Notes: generated by a model from the sequence alone, not told the origin. A stretch of 64,000 nt of DNA from Eledone cirrhosa (GCA_964016885.1 OZ024743.1:369210001-369274000), one strand, 5' to 3'; numbered from the stretch's first letter, positions 48,270 through 61,533 are shown. Translations and numbers: made by a program.

Positions 48270-48604
48270 ATGGCTTAGTGGTTAGAGCATTGGCCTTGCA
48301 ATCGAAAGGTTGTGAGTTCAATTCTCAGACAGGGTGATGTGTTGTTTCCTTGAGCAAGACACTTTATTTCACATTGCTCCAGTTTACTCAGCTGGAGAAA
48401 TGAGATGATAGGGACTGGGGTCCATATCATTCCACTGCAAAGTGGTCGTGGAGGTGCCACGGCAAAAAAGCACCCACCACTCACTGTAAATGAGGTTGGT
48501 GTTAGGAAGGGCATCCAGCTGTAGAAATCAAGCCAGAATCAGTTCCCGTCCCACCCTTGCAAGCAGGGAAAAGCGGACGTAAAATGAAATGATGATGATG
48601 ATGA
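48270..48604 (+). mobile_element. SINE family C head followed by an RTE family 2 tail
   Basis: tggcttagtggttagagc...gagttcaattct tRNA head, ttgagcaagacacttta core, then gttaggaagggcatccagctgtagaaa and (GAT)n. Confidence 0.7.
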
Positions 48605-49249
48605 TCTGCATGTATGTATATATGTGTGTATATGTCTCTATTTATAATCATCATGATCATTGTTTTTATTTCCACTTTGCTGGTATAGGTTTGAATAGTG
48701 TTTTACAGCTGGATTCTGTTCTTGCTACCTATTGAGTCACCTCTTGTGACATGCAAAGGATATGGTACACCTATTCTAAAATCCAAGTTGCATGTATAAT
48801 TATGTACATATATATTGGTTATTTGTTTGACATAAACTTGCAGTGGAATATTACTAAATATTTCATGTGTGTGTTTGTATATGTGTGTAATTGGTGTATA
48901 AATTGTAAATGCAACTTGTTATTGATACTGCATAATGTTGATTAGTTTCTTTCTTTGTGTGTGTGTGTTTGGCATACGCATCTACTGAAACTCTATACCT
49001 CCATGTTATGGAGAAGTAGAACTTTTGTCTGAACTGACTGATGGTTCCAACAAGTTAGAGAAGATCTCCAGGAGACAACCATATCTAAGAATGATTATAC
49101 TGAAAATGATAATTTACCCATCACTGGTATAACTAGATACTTTTACAACATCAGTAGGCAAACAGGTGTACTGACTAACATGCTTCTTTGACTGTTGATT
49201 AAACAGACCAGTAACTGAGGATCTTAGCCCCCACCCCTCTGTAATTCAT

Positions 49250-49620
49250 TATCATCGTTTTTATGTCCATTGTTGCATGTTTGCATGGGTTGGATGGGTC
49301 CTTTTCAGTACAGCATCTCTCCACTTATCATGTTTCTTTGTCATCTCTGTGAGCTTCAGCAATTTGAGATCAGCTCTCACCACTTCCTTCCAGGTCTTCC
49401 CTGGTTTTCTTCTACTGCAGTTTCCTTTCACTGGGATTACTTGGCACTTCTTCACCAACTGATCCTCACCCATGCAAATCACATGTCAACACCATCGCAG
49501 TCTCCTCTCCTGCACACTACATTATACTCAGTTTCTCTCTCAGCTTTGTGGTTTTCTCACTTTAACATTGTACATCCACCGAAGCATGTTTGCCTCATTT
49601 CTCTTCAGCCTGTTATTTTT
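49250..49620 (-). mobile_element. RTE-clade C-terminal fragment
   Basis: VKKCQVIPVKGNCSRRKPGKTWKEVVRADL...KWRDAV. Confidence 0.7.
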
Positions 49621-50299
49621 TCCTAGTTATACAGTATATGGATATATGAGTTCCTTAATTCTTAGAGTCCTGCACCACATGGAACCTCATTAGCAATACA
49701 TTCTTGAAAAGTACAAAACAGTACTATGACTGCATCACATGAAAAATGAAAGATTTTAACACTTCAATATTTTACAACAACCTGTCAACTAAGCATTCAA
49801 ATTAATAAACCTGTTTTTAGATGTTTTCTTGCTAAATCTTTACAGGATGTTAAGCGTTAACACTGCAAATTTTTACAATAATCTGTCCACAAGTAACGAT
49901 GCTATAAATATTTGAATTAATAAACCTAGACAGTAAATAGTGATGATAATAATCATCATCATCAAATCATTAGCACTGCACTGTATCTATGGCAAACTTT
50001 CTTAACTCTCAATTGACTGAGACCACCTAACCATAAGTATTTGGGGATGTATATCTCACTGTTACAAGCAGCAGAAGCACTACAGAAGTGATGGATAATT
50101 TATTAGTTTCAAATGTTGAGTGAAAATTCTACTATTAGCTTCCCTTAGAAAGGAAAGAACTTTAACTGTGTCTTGCTGACTTTCAGTACAGTCTTATGGA
50201 TTAAAGAACTCATACACACACATTGTATAACTAAAAATAATATTGATAATTAGTGGATTAAGACACTCAACTTTGGAGAACCCCATTTCAGCTAGTTAC

Positions 50300-50800
50300 A
50301 GAGTAGGTAGACCCACACACATTTACACCTCTCTAAGACAATGTCACTGGACTGAGAGCTTTGGCGCTATGCAGTAATACAGAAGACCCGCCTTGCCTAT
50401 GTACAAAGCGAAATCTACAGTCAGTAGGCACCTCCTAACCAAATATATACCCCATCCCACTGCCCCTACTCCCCCCCCCCACGCCCATCAACACCACCCT
50501 TTCTCTGTAAAGTTATGTTGGTACCACAACATCAGACCAAAATAAATGAGGTCGTGTAGGTGTCACGACAAAAAAAACACAGTCCACGCTGTAATGTGGC
50601 TGTGTAGGTAACACGGTAGATACCTCCCAGTTCCACACGTAGTTGTTGTTAGGAAGGGCATCCAGCCGTAGAAAACCTGCCAGACAGCCCTATACGAGCG
50701 AGACATGGTCACCCAACCAATGTTGCCTCAAGTAGGACAAATTCCCGTCTAAACCCATGCTAGCATGGAAGATAGACGTTAAACGTTGATGATGATGATG
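50300..50800 (+). mobile_element. RTE family 2 3' fragment
   Basis: HLHLSKTMSLD, UTR, (GAT)n. Confidence 0.85.
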
Positions 50801-50834
50801 AATTCTCCAAATTGAGGGATCACAATTCCGATAT

Positions 50835-51080
50835 TACGGATATATGGTTAGAATGTTTCAGGAAAAAATTGCTGGTCAGATTTTACAGGCAAAACCGACT
50901 GGCGCGAGATCCAGTGGGTAGACCCTGAGCAAGATGGTTAGATAACATCCATGAGCTCGGCAGGTCTCACTTGGGGATCTAGCCAGATCAATTGGAGACA
51001 GTTGCTCCTGATAGGAACTGCTGGATGGCATGCTTAATGACTCTTTCCCCATGACCCTCCCAACAATAAGTGAGCAAAAA
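50835..51080 (+). mobile_element. RTE family 3 3' fragment
   Basis: Homologous to 13490-13735. Confidence 0.7.
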
Positions 51081-51986
51081 AGAAAATGAAAAGGATATTA
51101 AATACAAAGTAATTCGTAGGAATTGCTTTAGAATTTTATATAATGCTTTAGAATTTTATATAATGGCAAAAAAGGTTCTCAAATTTGCAATGAAACACAT
51201 TCATACAAGACTCAAATATGTGAAATCATTTTGTTTGAATGCTCTTCCTGTGCTTTTGGGCTTGCAATGATTAATATACTATTGACTAAAAGAAATAGTA
51301 TATGATTCTACTGAAAACACTACTACTGTCCTCCCTATTTTACTCTGTGTTCTTGTTGCTATTTTTTGACCTATAACGAATTAAAAGGCCACAGTGTTAT
51401 TGTCAAATTGCTTGTATTTCATCTTCTTTCCTGAGGAAGGAAATCTGCTCAATATAGACTGCACAATGAGGAAATAACAAAAGGCTGACTGCAAAATGCT
51501 TTAATTATGTGAAACAACATTATCAGATTGCTATTTCTAAATAAATTCATAATTGTACAGTGTATGACTTTATGATTGTGAATGAGTGGGTGGTGTGTAA
51601 AGCAGTCTGAAAAACCCATTCTCTTATTTCTATTTTTCCTATAGTTATGTGTATATGTGTTTATATGTGTGGATGTGTATATATGTATGTATGTGTGTGT
51701 GTGTGTGTGCTTACATATATATCATAATCGTCATCACCATTTAACATCTATTTTTCCATGCTTGCATGGATTATTAGGGTTGTCATATTATGAGACAAGC
51801 CAGTTCAGGTGACCCACTGTCTTGCCCAGATGGATCTGTATTTTCGCTTTGATTCTACAGCTGGATTCCCTTCCTAATGCCAACGACTATGTGTGTGTGT
51901 GTATATATGTAGTAGTAATAGTGTGGTAAAGATAACCAAGGTGTAGAGCGCTGAGTTCATGTGACGAGTTTTAATATATTATTAAA

Positions 51987-52077
51987 TTCAAAACTACAAC
52001 AAAGATATAACATGGAGAAATATTTGTCCTTGCATTTTTCTGTTATGTTTTCGTTGTAGTATTGAATTTAATAATAA
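51987..52077. repeat. Imperfect hairpin with upstream tail, near simple repeats
   Basis: attattaaattcaaaactacaacaaagatataaca versus tgttatgttttcgttgtagtattgaatttaataat. Confidence 0.6.
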
Positions 52078-52889
52078 TAATATCAATAACTATATATATG
52101 CATATACATATATTTAAATGGATATTAGATGATGATGATGATTTACATACATGTATATATATATATAGCGTGGAAGAACGGACGTAAAACGGTGATGATG
52201 ATGTGTGTGTGTGTGTATTGAATTTTGGCATCTGTTAATCTTGCAGGACCATGGATCTTCAACTTGTAAGTTTTGCTGGGTACTAGATTATGTGCTCAAA
52301 TCTTTGCTTGCCATTTCATTCTGTTTCAATCCATGGTGAAGGCAGAGCAAGCCCCTAACACTTAGCCTATTTCTGAAAATCAGTTAAATATTTTTATATT
52401 TGAGGATGATCATTTTGTTAATTTTGCCAATAAAAACACATGCACCATCGAATTTTACTTCACCTTTATTATTGGTTATTATAGAATGCTTTAGTTTGCT
52501 TGAAGCATTGTGTAAATGGCATAATGTAGGAAATGATGTTTTTAATAAAGTTAAGACAATACGAAATGGACTGTAAAATTTATTTTAAATGAACGCAATG
52601 AAGGTGTTTTTTTATTATCTGGTATTTATTTATTTTTTTCCATCCTAATATTTCAGGACTTAAAAATCCTTTCTCAGAATGTGGGGGACCCTCAGTGTAA
52701 AATATTTCAGTCTTGTTGCTTTGATATTTGTTTTAAATTCAAAATTTACTTTCAAGCATTGTTTTTTGATGTTTGCTGTAGTAGCTGTGGGAAGCAGGAA
52801 GATGACATCAATTGTATTATATATAATCAAATTGAAGTAAATTTCTTCTGTTAATTGTTGTGTGTGTATGTGTGTGTGTGTGTATGTAA

Positions 52890-54280
52890 CCTTTTATGTC
52901 AAGTATTGTGTGCTGAGCTCTAACCTGTTGTTGATTTGTGGATTGAGCTTGCATACAAGCAGTGCTTCCTTTATTCTCAAGCTGCCTGCATTTCTCTCTG
53001 GTTTCAATACTGACTTGTTGGTGTTTTTGTATTTGTCAGTGTGGTTTTTGAATGAGGATGCATGTGTATTGAGGTGTTCTTTAATTCGGGCATGGAGTGG
53101 TCCAGTCATACTACCAATGTAGAACTCCTTACATTTGTCGCACTCAATGTGGTATACCACATGTATCTGCTGGAATATTCCTGTGTCATGCATAGGGCAG
53201 TTAGTTAGTGTGCATTGGTTGTTGTTGTCATTGGATAGGTTTTTAGATAGGCATGCTCTCAGTGAAGGGCAAGAGTGAGCTAATTTTATGTCCAGTCCTT
53301 ATTTGCAGATGGCTCTGCAGATTGCTGTGGTTATATTTTCGCTGAAGTGTGGTAATTTCATGAAGCAGGTCTTGGAGGAAGTCATATAGCTATGGCACCT
53401 TCAGTTCCTAAGATGATTCACGGTGGATGTTGGGTATCGGTTCATCTTCAGTACATCCGTGAAGTGTGCAGTATGAATGATCTGGTCCTCCTTCCTGCTG
53501 CATTTATTCCGGATACATGTATGTTCATTTTTTATGTATCCAGTTTTAGTGCCAAGAAGGAGGGCTGACCTATAATGCACAAACAGGTCTTTGCTGGCAG
53601 CTTTCCTATAGAAGTTGGTGTATATAGCACCTTCTGTTATTCTAAGCTGGAAGTCCGGCAGGAACAGGGAACCATTGTTATCGGGATGTTCTACGGTGAG
53701 TTGTACGTTGTTATGTATGTTTGAGAACATCATGGCTATTATGTTGGCCTCTTCATAGGATGATGTGAGGATGAGTATATCATCTATGTATTGAGTGAAG
53801 AAGACACAAGAGCGGCAGGTGTTGTGTGCTCGACGTTCCGGCTGATTCATGGAGATGATGGTTGTTAGGCCTGAAAGATTGTATCTCATACGTAGGCTTG
53901 TTTGTTTGTATATGGGCTATTGGAAGGTGAATGTATTTTCTATGATGACAGATAGAAGTTGATGTATCTGGTGGGGTGATGCCGAAGTAGTATATGTTCG
54001 ATGAAATGATGCAGTCGGTCACTAGGTTGACCGCTAGGTGAGCTGGTATTGTCCTGTAAAGAGACAGTGTCATGGCTGACGGCATATCTATTGAGTTAAA
54101 GTTGGTTAAGTTGTAGGTGATGTAGTCTTTATATTTCATTGGAGCTGCTAACATGCCCGGGAAAGGTAGAAAGTATAGGTTTGAGGATCTGGAAGTGGAG
54201 CCAGGAGATTTTATAGAGGAATTCGTCTATGCTAGAGATAATGGGTCTAATCTAGATATTAATACTGGTTTTGTGGGGTT
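52890..54280 (-). mobile_element. Penelope-like element (RT + Cys linker + C-terminal GIY-YIG), decayed
   Basis: RT: SLYRTIP, QYIDDILI, QLTVEHPDNNGSLFLPD, FYRKAASKDLFVHYRSA. Linker CTLTNCP. Endonuclease: VVYHIECDKCKEFYIGSM..L.ARIKEH...LRIKEA...PQINNR. Confidence 0.9.
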
Positions 54281-54282
54281 TG

Positions 54283-54465
54283 ATAATAATTGTTTCTACT
54301 TTTGGCACAAGGCCAGCAATTACCCAGTGCATTACTGGTACTTTATTTTATCGACCCCGTAAGGATGAAAGGCAAAGTCAACCTCGGCGGGATTTGAACT
54401 CAGATCGTAAAGGGACGTAACTATGCTGGAAAGCATGGCATCCGACCCTCTACCGATACTGCCAA
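54283..54465 (-). mobile_element. SINE family A with TSD tgataataat
   Basis: Reverse complement of the consensus. Confidence 0.9.
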
Positions 54466-56462
54466 TGATAATAATATATACCAGATAACACACAAAAATT
54501 TTAGTTGCCTTCATTTAAACTAAATTTCACAGTCCATTTTGCATTATTTTAAATTCTTAAAACCATTTTCTACATTAATTATTAGTTAGTTTGTCAAAGA
54601 TCTTTCATCACACATTCTGTGATCTCCTCAATAACTATTTGTTCTTTTCTGTGTCTCCTCTTCTTTCTGAAGAGTGTACTGGGTGCATTTTACTACCATT
54701 TTACAGGGTGTAGTTAGTATATTTTGTATCATGGTACCAGTGCAACCAGTTTACTGAGTGTATTGGGTGCATTTTATCATGGTGCTAACACTACCACTTT
54801 ACAGAGTGGATATGTGTTACATATACACCTTTGTTATTTATTAAATTCAGAATGTAATGTTCTGTTAAAAAAACAATTAAGAAAATGTTTTTTAAAATGT
54901 ATGAATATGGTTATTTATATATTATCTTCATAATGAGAACTCTTGAAAAAATCAGCTGTTTTCTTATCAATTGACCTCAAACTATTCTTTTTTATTAACA
55001 TTTGATAAATCTGATATAATCTTCGACTTTGTATGAATAGTGCTAAATTATTAAGTTTAAATCTGCCAGTTCACTAAAGAACATCTTATCTTAATGATTT
55101 TTTATAGATTGGAAGTTAATCATTTTAACATATCTGTATTAATATGAATTACACACTAAGTATAACAAAATATATATAAATAAAACATAAATTTAACTAA
55201 AAATTGGTGTTGAAGGTGGTATCTCCTTTGAAATTACCTAAGATGGTATTGAGTGACTAAGTTTGGGAGAGTTCCTTCTAGATTAACTAGATTAACTTTT
55301 ATCATCCTATAATGATTTAGTACAAACTAGGTTTGTTAATTGAAATGTTTATAGTATCTTTATTAGTAGACAGATTTTTAATGAAAATTTGTAGTATCAG
55401 AGTAAAGACTTCAATTTTTAATGTGACGCAGTCATATTGTTGTTTTGTACCTTTCAAGAATGTCTTCCAAGCACAGTTTCATGCAGTATGGAGTTTGATA
55501 TGAAGAATTATACCCCAGGTAAAATGACATTCATTTTCAGATGTGTTTCATCAGCCATCCACCTCTGAGCATCAACAACTTGGCTAGACCATCACTAATT
55601 TATTTGGATTGCAATTTCCCTATCCTCCACATAGCTTAGTATAGTTTGATATAGAATTGTAATTTGGCAATAATGAAATTCTACAATAATGGTTAATGAC
55701 CCTTCTCCAGTCTTGTCCAAATATGCATAATAATGGATATATATTGTGTGTCATTATTGTTTAGGCCCAGGTATGGCCTCGTCAAGCAGACATATAATCA
55801 AATACTTCCCAAATAGAACCACTTTGTCTTTATTCAGATATAGTGTATTTAAAACTTAGGATCCTGATAGGGTCATTGGAGTGACATCCTGACACACAGC
55901 ATGTCTTGAACTTTCAAAATCTGGTTGAGCCTATTCCTCTCCAGGTTGGAACACAGCTGATTTCTTTTAGTGAAAGATAAAGTGATAAAGAGAAGAATTG
56001 ACCCTAGTGCATAACTGGTACTTTATTGACATTAAAAGGATGAAAGGCAAAGTTGATCTCAGCAGAATTTGAACTCAGAAATCAATGAGCTGAAACAAAC
56101 ACCAAGGCATTTTTAATGTGATAGTTTAACGACTTAGCAAATTCGTTGCCTTAGACTTAGTGTATTTATTGTTTTGAGAGAGATTTTTGCTGTTATTTAT
56201 AGTAGGTAATCAAGTGACCATCTAGAGTTTTTCATATTAGCTTGAACATGTAACAAGTTGTTGCTGTTTAGTCTATGATTAAAGGTGCCCCAACTGTGAT
56301 TATCTCATCTTTTCATCAAACATATTTCCATTTTTATGACAGTCGAGTGTTAGCTGAAAGGAGGTGGAGTAGGTATTTGGCTGCTTTTTCTAGCAGATTA
56401 AATGACTATATAGAGGCTGTCTCATTAGGTCAAGCAGGTATTATCTAAAAATATTATTTACT

Positions 56463-56638
56463 GTATCGGTAGAGGGTCGGACGCCATGCTTTGCAGCACA
56501 GTTACGTCCCTTTACGGACTGAGTTCAAATCCCGCCGAGGTTAACTTTGCCTTTCATCCTTACGGGGTCGATAAAATAAAGTACCAGTAATACACTGGGA
56601 TAATTGCTGGCCTTGTGCCAAAAGTAGAAACAATTATT
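56463..56638 (+). mobile_element. SINE family A with TSD attatttactgtatc
   Basis: Consensus match; the duplication flanks the element. Confidence 0.9.
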
Positions 56639-57284
56639 TACTGTATCATCATCATATGTCTGCTTTTCCCTGCTTGGATACTTGAATATAAGCACACCCC
56701 CCCTCTGTTTTATGTCTGAGAAATGGGCACAAATCTAAACCCTGCTTATAAGCCAAGGCACATTATCTTTAGATGGCACAGATTTAAAATTTGACTGAGT
56801 AAAGAAACTATTTACGATGTTTTAATATTTTGATATTTAAAATGTTTTAAGAGTATAGTTTTTGTTTCACAAACCCACTACGTAATACATTTTGTACCAT
56901 TTCATCCAAGAGAAGGGAGAGAGAGAAAACAAGTGAAATAAAACAAAACAAATTTGAAAGAAAAAGTATAATTAAGTTTCAAAGGAAAACAGTCAGCGCA
57001 CGTGTGCATGTGTGTTGTGTGTGTGCATGTGCATGCATATTTGTGTAGGAGATATTTATGTATTAAAAAGTTCAGATAATAAAAATTTGTTAGGAAAGTT
57101 CTCAAGGCAATGCATAAATAAAACACATGGCAATATAGTAAATGTAGAGAAACAGTGTCTAATTATAAAATAATCACTCCAGATATTTTAACACCTTATT
57201 TACTTAGGATTTGAAGTTGGTGAAAATCGTCAAAATATTGACCCCCAAATATAAGCCAAGTCCTCCCCCCCCCTCCATATCATA

Positions 57285-58610
57285 TTACACATCCATCAAA
57301 GCATAGAAGCTTCATTTTTTCCAATCTTCACAGGTCCTCTGCTCACAGCGCCCAGGTCTTACTACAATGCAACAGCTCTTGTGTATCCATGATTTACATT
57401 TGGGACATAGGATGGAATTTCTACCTACTCTTTTTCTGCACACTGAGGGAATCTGTGTCTTGTTTCCTTTCTACATACTAGGTCTTTGGTCTTTGACATG
57501 TTAACTTTAAAACCCCTTGATTCTAGGCCATGCTTCCAAGTTTAGAATTTCTTATCTAATTCTGCCATAGATTCAGCTATAGGGGCTAGGTCATCTCCAA
57601 ATGGGAAGCCAGTCTTAAACTCCTCTGTTATAGCCTGCAGTGCGATAATAAGCGGGAGAAGGCTAAGAACTGGGCCCTGATAAACACCAACCTGCATGCT
57701 AAATTCTTTACTATAGTCATTGTTAATTCTGACTTGTACTGTCCTCACAAGCAAATCTAAGAGCCCACCAGATAATGGAATGGGAACTCTGTCAAAAGCT
57801 TTCTCCAGGTCAACAAAAGCCAAATAGAGGGGTTTACTTTTAGCTAAGTACTTCTGCAGTTGCCTCACAAAGAAGAGGGCATCTGTAGTACTTTTACCTG
57901 GCTCAAATCCAAACTGCATCTCATCTAGGTTAACTTTGTCTCTGATCAGCTGTGCTATAACTCTTTCTGTGACCTTCATAATCTGGTCAACCAACTTAAT
58001 GCCTCTCTATAGTTTTCTCTGTCTAGAGCATCTCTTTTGTCCTTGTAGCAGTTGACAATGATGCTGCTATGCAACGGGTGACTATGGTGTGACCCACCAT
58101 TCCAGATGCTGTCAGCATCTCAGCAACTATACCCAAAGGTTCAGCTGCCTTGCCTGTCTTCATATCCTTACTTACTATACTAATGATGACTTGTGCAGCC
58201 AGTCCCTCTGTTCGATCAATTTTGAGCAAACTGCCTTCTTCCCATGCATTCTCCTCTTTTATAGTGGTGCTTCCATGCTAGTTTCTTTTTCAGTGTCAGT
58301 GAGGGCAAGTATGCCATTATGATTTTGGACTCATTAATATCACAATTTTCCCTGACACGCTGCCATGCAATCCTGAACACTGCACACCTTTGGTCCTCAT
58401 GCTGTAAACATGATTCATTTTTTTTTATTTTCTGCTTTTCTTCTTGCAATGTGTACTCGTCGCCTAACTTTTCTTCTAGCATTCTGGTAGAGTTCTCTAC
58501 TTCCTCCATTCTGCCATTCTTTCCATGCCTGTGTTTTGGCCTTGTCTCATCCACCCTACTATGCCATCACTAAGTCACTCCCCTTCTCCCTGCTCTAACC
58601 ATAGATTTAG
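57285..58610 (-). mobile_element. Decayed RTE family 2 LINE fragment (linker + RT)
   Basis: MKTGKAAEPLGIVAEML, LDEMQFGFEPGKSTTDA, AFVDLEKAFDRVP, GVYQGPVLS. Confidence 0.85.
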
Positions 58611-59264
58611 TTAGTCTTTCAGAACTTCCACTGCTCCGTTATATTGTATGTCTCTATTTGCTCTTCCTTACTGTTGAAAGCGTCGAGCAACATACCTCTA
58701 AATTTGTTACTGATTGATGGTCCATAATCTCTCTCTCCCCCTCCCCTCTCTGTATATTCATCTATTTTCCACTAAACAATACCAACTACTGTGCTGTGTG
58801 GGTCACTCAGATATAAAGATGTAAAGAAAACCATTTAAGCCGACAGTTTATGATAAAGAGGAGATTAACCTTACTATTAATAAGAAGAGGATTTACTGTG
58901 AAAAATTACAGCAGCTTTATATATTTATTATATTGATTCCTACTCTCTCTACCATCACTACTATTACAACTGCTGCCACCACCACCACTGCTGGTCAAAC
59001 AACTGAAACACCCAGGAAAAAGAGAAAAATAATCAATTCTTTTGCAAAAGTATACAAATGTGATGTTTATCCCTAATGTAACGGTAGCAAGACAATGGAA
59101 TATTATATATCACGCTTCTCAGTTATCACCAATTATTACACCACCACCACCACTATCATCACCTCTGCCATTGTCATAATAATAGTATATTTCCACAAGC
59201 AAATTTCTAGAAGTCTGTTATTATTTATCATTTAAGTAGTTCTTTATTCCCTCATGTTACATGC

Positions 59265-60260
59265 CGGTTGGCAACAAGTGAAACTCTGAACGAGGTTCTG
59301 TGGCCTCGGCCTCCAATCCACTTTGGATCTGGCACTGCTTGGCTATCTCTCCTCAATCTCCTCCAGTTGCACTCTCATCAGCAATGTTATCAGCATAACT
59401 GCCAAACCTGAGATAGCCACAGAACTTAAGCAGGCTCTGGCCGACTGGACAGGCGAAGGCCTCTCTGTCCCTCCAGTAAACAAATATCCAATGTAACTGG
59501 GATGACATCAAGTGTAGGTCTTCCTTCAGGCGGATTGTGCCTGGCTTGGACCAACACAACCTCACTTGCCACCGATCCACTTCGCAGTCAATTTACTGCG
59601 TAGCTCAATTTGGTGCCCTCCTCATCAACTGGTACCTTTCTTGACGATGACTGCACTCACATCGGAGTGGCTCAATGCCTCGGCCTCCATGTGTGTAAGC
59701 CACTCAAATGCTGCTGTAGGGCTGTCATTGACGAGTTTTGACCTGCACCCACTGTCTTGTCGTCAGAGCGCAGGCCAGTTCCCCCAACATGCTGCTCTCA
59801 ACGACAGATTGAGAAGGAACCTGGATGCAGCTGACTTCCCATCACAACTGGAGCCAGCAGGCCTTGATTGCAGAGACAGAATTGCCCTCTTCCCATTTGA
59901 AAGTGGTAAATCCCTCATCTTTGATGCCACATGTTGTGTGTGACATGTTCTCCGCCACCAATTTAGTCACTTCGGCCACAAACTTCAGTACTGCAGCTCG
60001 CAATGCAGAGGACAAGAAGACAAGCAAACACTGAGGCCTGTCTGGCTGCTTCCTCTTCGCACCAGTTGTCATCAAGACCTCAGGCTTCCTCTGACCATGT
60101 TCTGCCAAGCTCCTCCATAAAATCAGGTCGTCAGCAGCCCATCTGAGGAAGGAACTCAGTGAGGTTGGATGGCTGGTGCAACAGGTGTCGCTAGCCATTA
60201 TCTGTGGAAATGCCTTTGTATTGTCCGCAGGGTGCAGCCCAAACACTGCCCTGCCCCAGG
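59265..60260 (+). mobile_element. CRE-like RLE retroelement fragment
   Basis: DLHPLSCRQSAGQFPQHAALND, SQLEPAGL, FPFESGKSLIFDATC, AEDKKTSK, GNAF. Confidence 0.78.
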
Positions 60261-60485
60261 CATAAATCCTTCACCCTCTCCCCTTCTCTCTGTTTTTTCT
60301 GTGGCCTCACAGTCCTTGCTTTTCCACCCCCTTTTCCTCTCATTTTATAGCATTTTTAACCCTCTATCCTATATTCCTATACACTCAGATTTGCCCTTCT
60401 TTACCCCTTCCTCTTCTGTTTGCTGCTTGATTTTGTTTTTATCCCTCTTTTTTTCTTTTTCTTTCATATTTCCATCAATATTTCC

Positions 60486-61533
60486 ATCAGCAGTGGGGGA
60501 GGGTGCTCTGAAAGTACAGTAGCTAGAGTCAGAACTGGATGGAAAAAGTTCAGAGAGCTTATACCACTATTAGCCGCTAAAGGGTTCTCCCTAAAAATGA
60601 AAGGCAGATTGTATGATGCCTGCATACGAACAGCAATGTTGCATGGCAGTGAGACCTGGGCATTGTGTGCAGAGGATATACGCAGACTAGAGAGGAACGA
60701 AGCTTGCATGCTCCGCTGGATGTGTAACAGTAATATACGTGAACGGAAAAGCATAAACGAACTGAGGAAAAAATTAGAAATAAGAGGGATCAGATGTTGT
60801 TTACTCGAGAGAAGGCTACGTTGGTATGGTCACGTGATGCGCATGAAAGACGATAGCTGTATAACAAAGTGCAGGGCAATAAAGATAGACGGTAGCCACG
60901 GAATAGGCAGACCCAGAAAAACCTGGGACGAGCTGATAAATTCCGACCTCACACACTTACACCTCTCCAAGACAATGTCACTGGACCGAGACCTTTGGCG
61001 GTACTCAGTAATAGAGAAGACCCGCCTTACCTAAATACAAAGTAAAACCTACTACAGTCAGTAGGCATCTCTAACAAAATACACCCCCGTCCCACCACCC
61101 CCACCCCATCCACACCGCCCCTTTCAATGTAAAGTTATGTTGGTGCCACAACATCCAGGCCGAAACAAATGAGATCGTGTAGGTTTCACGACAAAAAAAC
61201 ACACAGTCCACGCTGTAATGTGGCCGTGTAGGCAACACGGTAAAAACCTCCCAGCCCCACACTGTAAATGTGGTTGGTGTTAGGAAGGGCATCCAGCTGT
61301 AGAAAACCCGCCAGACAGTCCACGCTGTAATGTGGCCGTGTAGGCAACACGGTAAAAACCTCCCAGCCCCACACTGTAAATGTGGTTGGTGTTAGGAAGG
61401 GCATCCAGCTGTAGAAAACCCACCAGACAGTCCTATGAAAGCAAGACAATCACTCTTGCCTCAAGTGGGAAAACCCCCGTCCAAACCGATGCAAGCGTGG
61501 AACATGGACGTTAAACGTTGATGATGATGATGA
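60486..61533 (+). mobile_element. Young 5'-truncated RTE family 2 LINE
   Basis: Uninterrupted ~180-aa ORF2 C-terminus (SSGGGCSES...RLRWYGHVMR...GRPRKTW), 3' UTR with a 112-bp duplication, (GAT)n tail. Confidence 0.93.

Noticed and set aside
48270-48345. tRNA genes (also the SINE heads at 900, 36669 and 44932)
   Set aside because: A and B boxes are present but I could not fold a complete cloverleaf, and the sequence continues into SINE bodies
59055-59090. gttac..tagggataa resemblance to mitochondrial 16S rRNA (minus strand)
   Set aside because: The match is too short and the flanks do not continue the similarity
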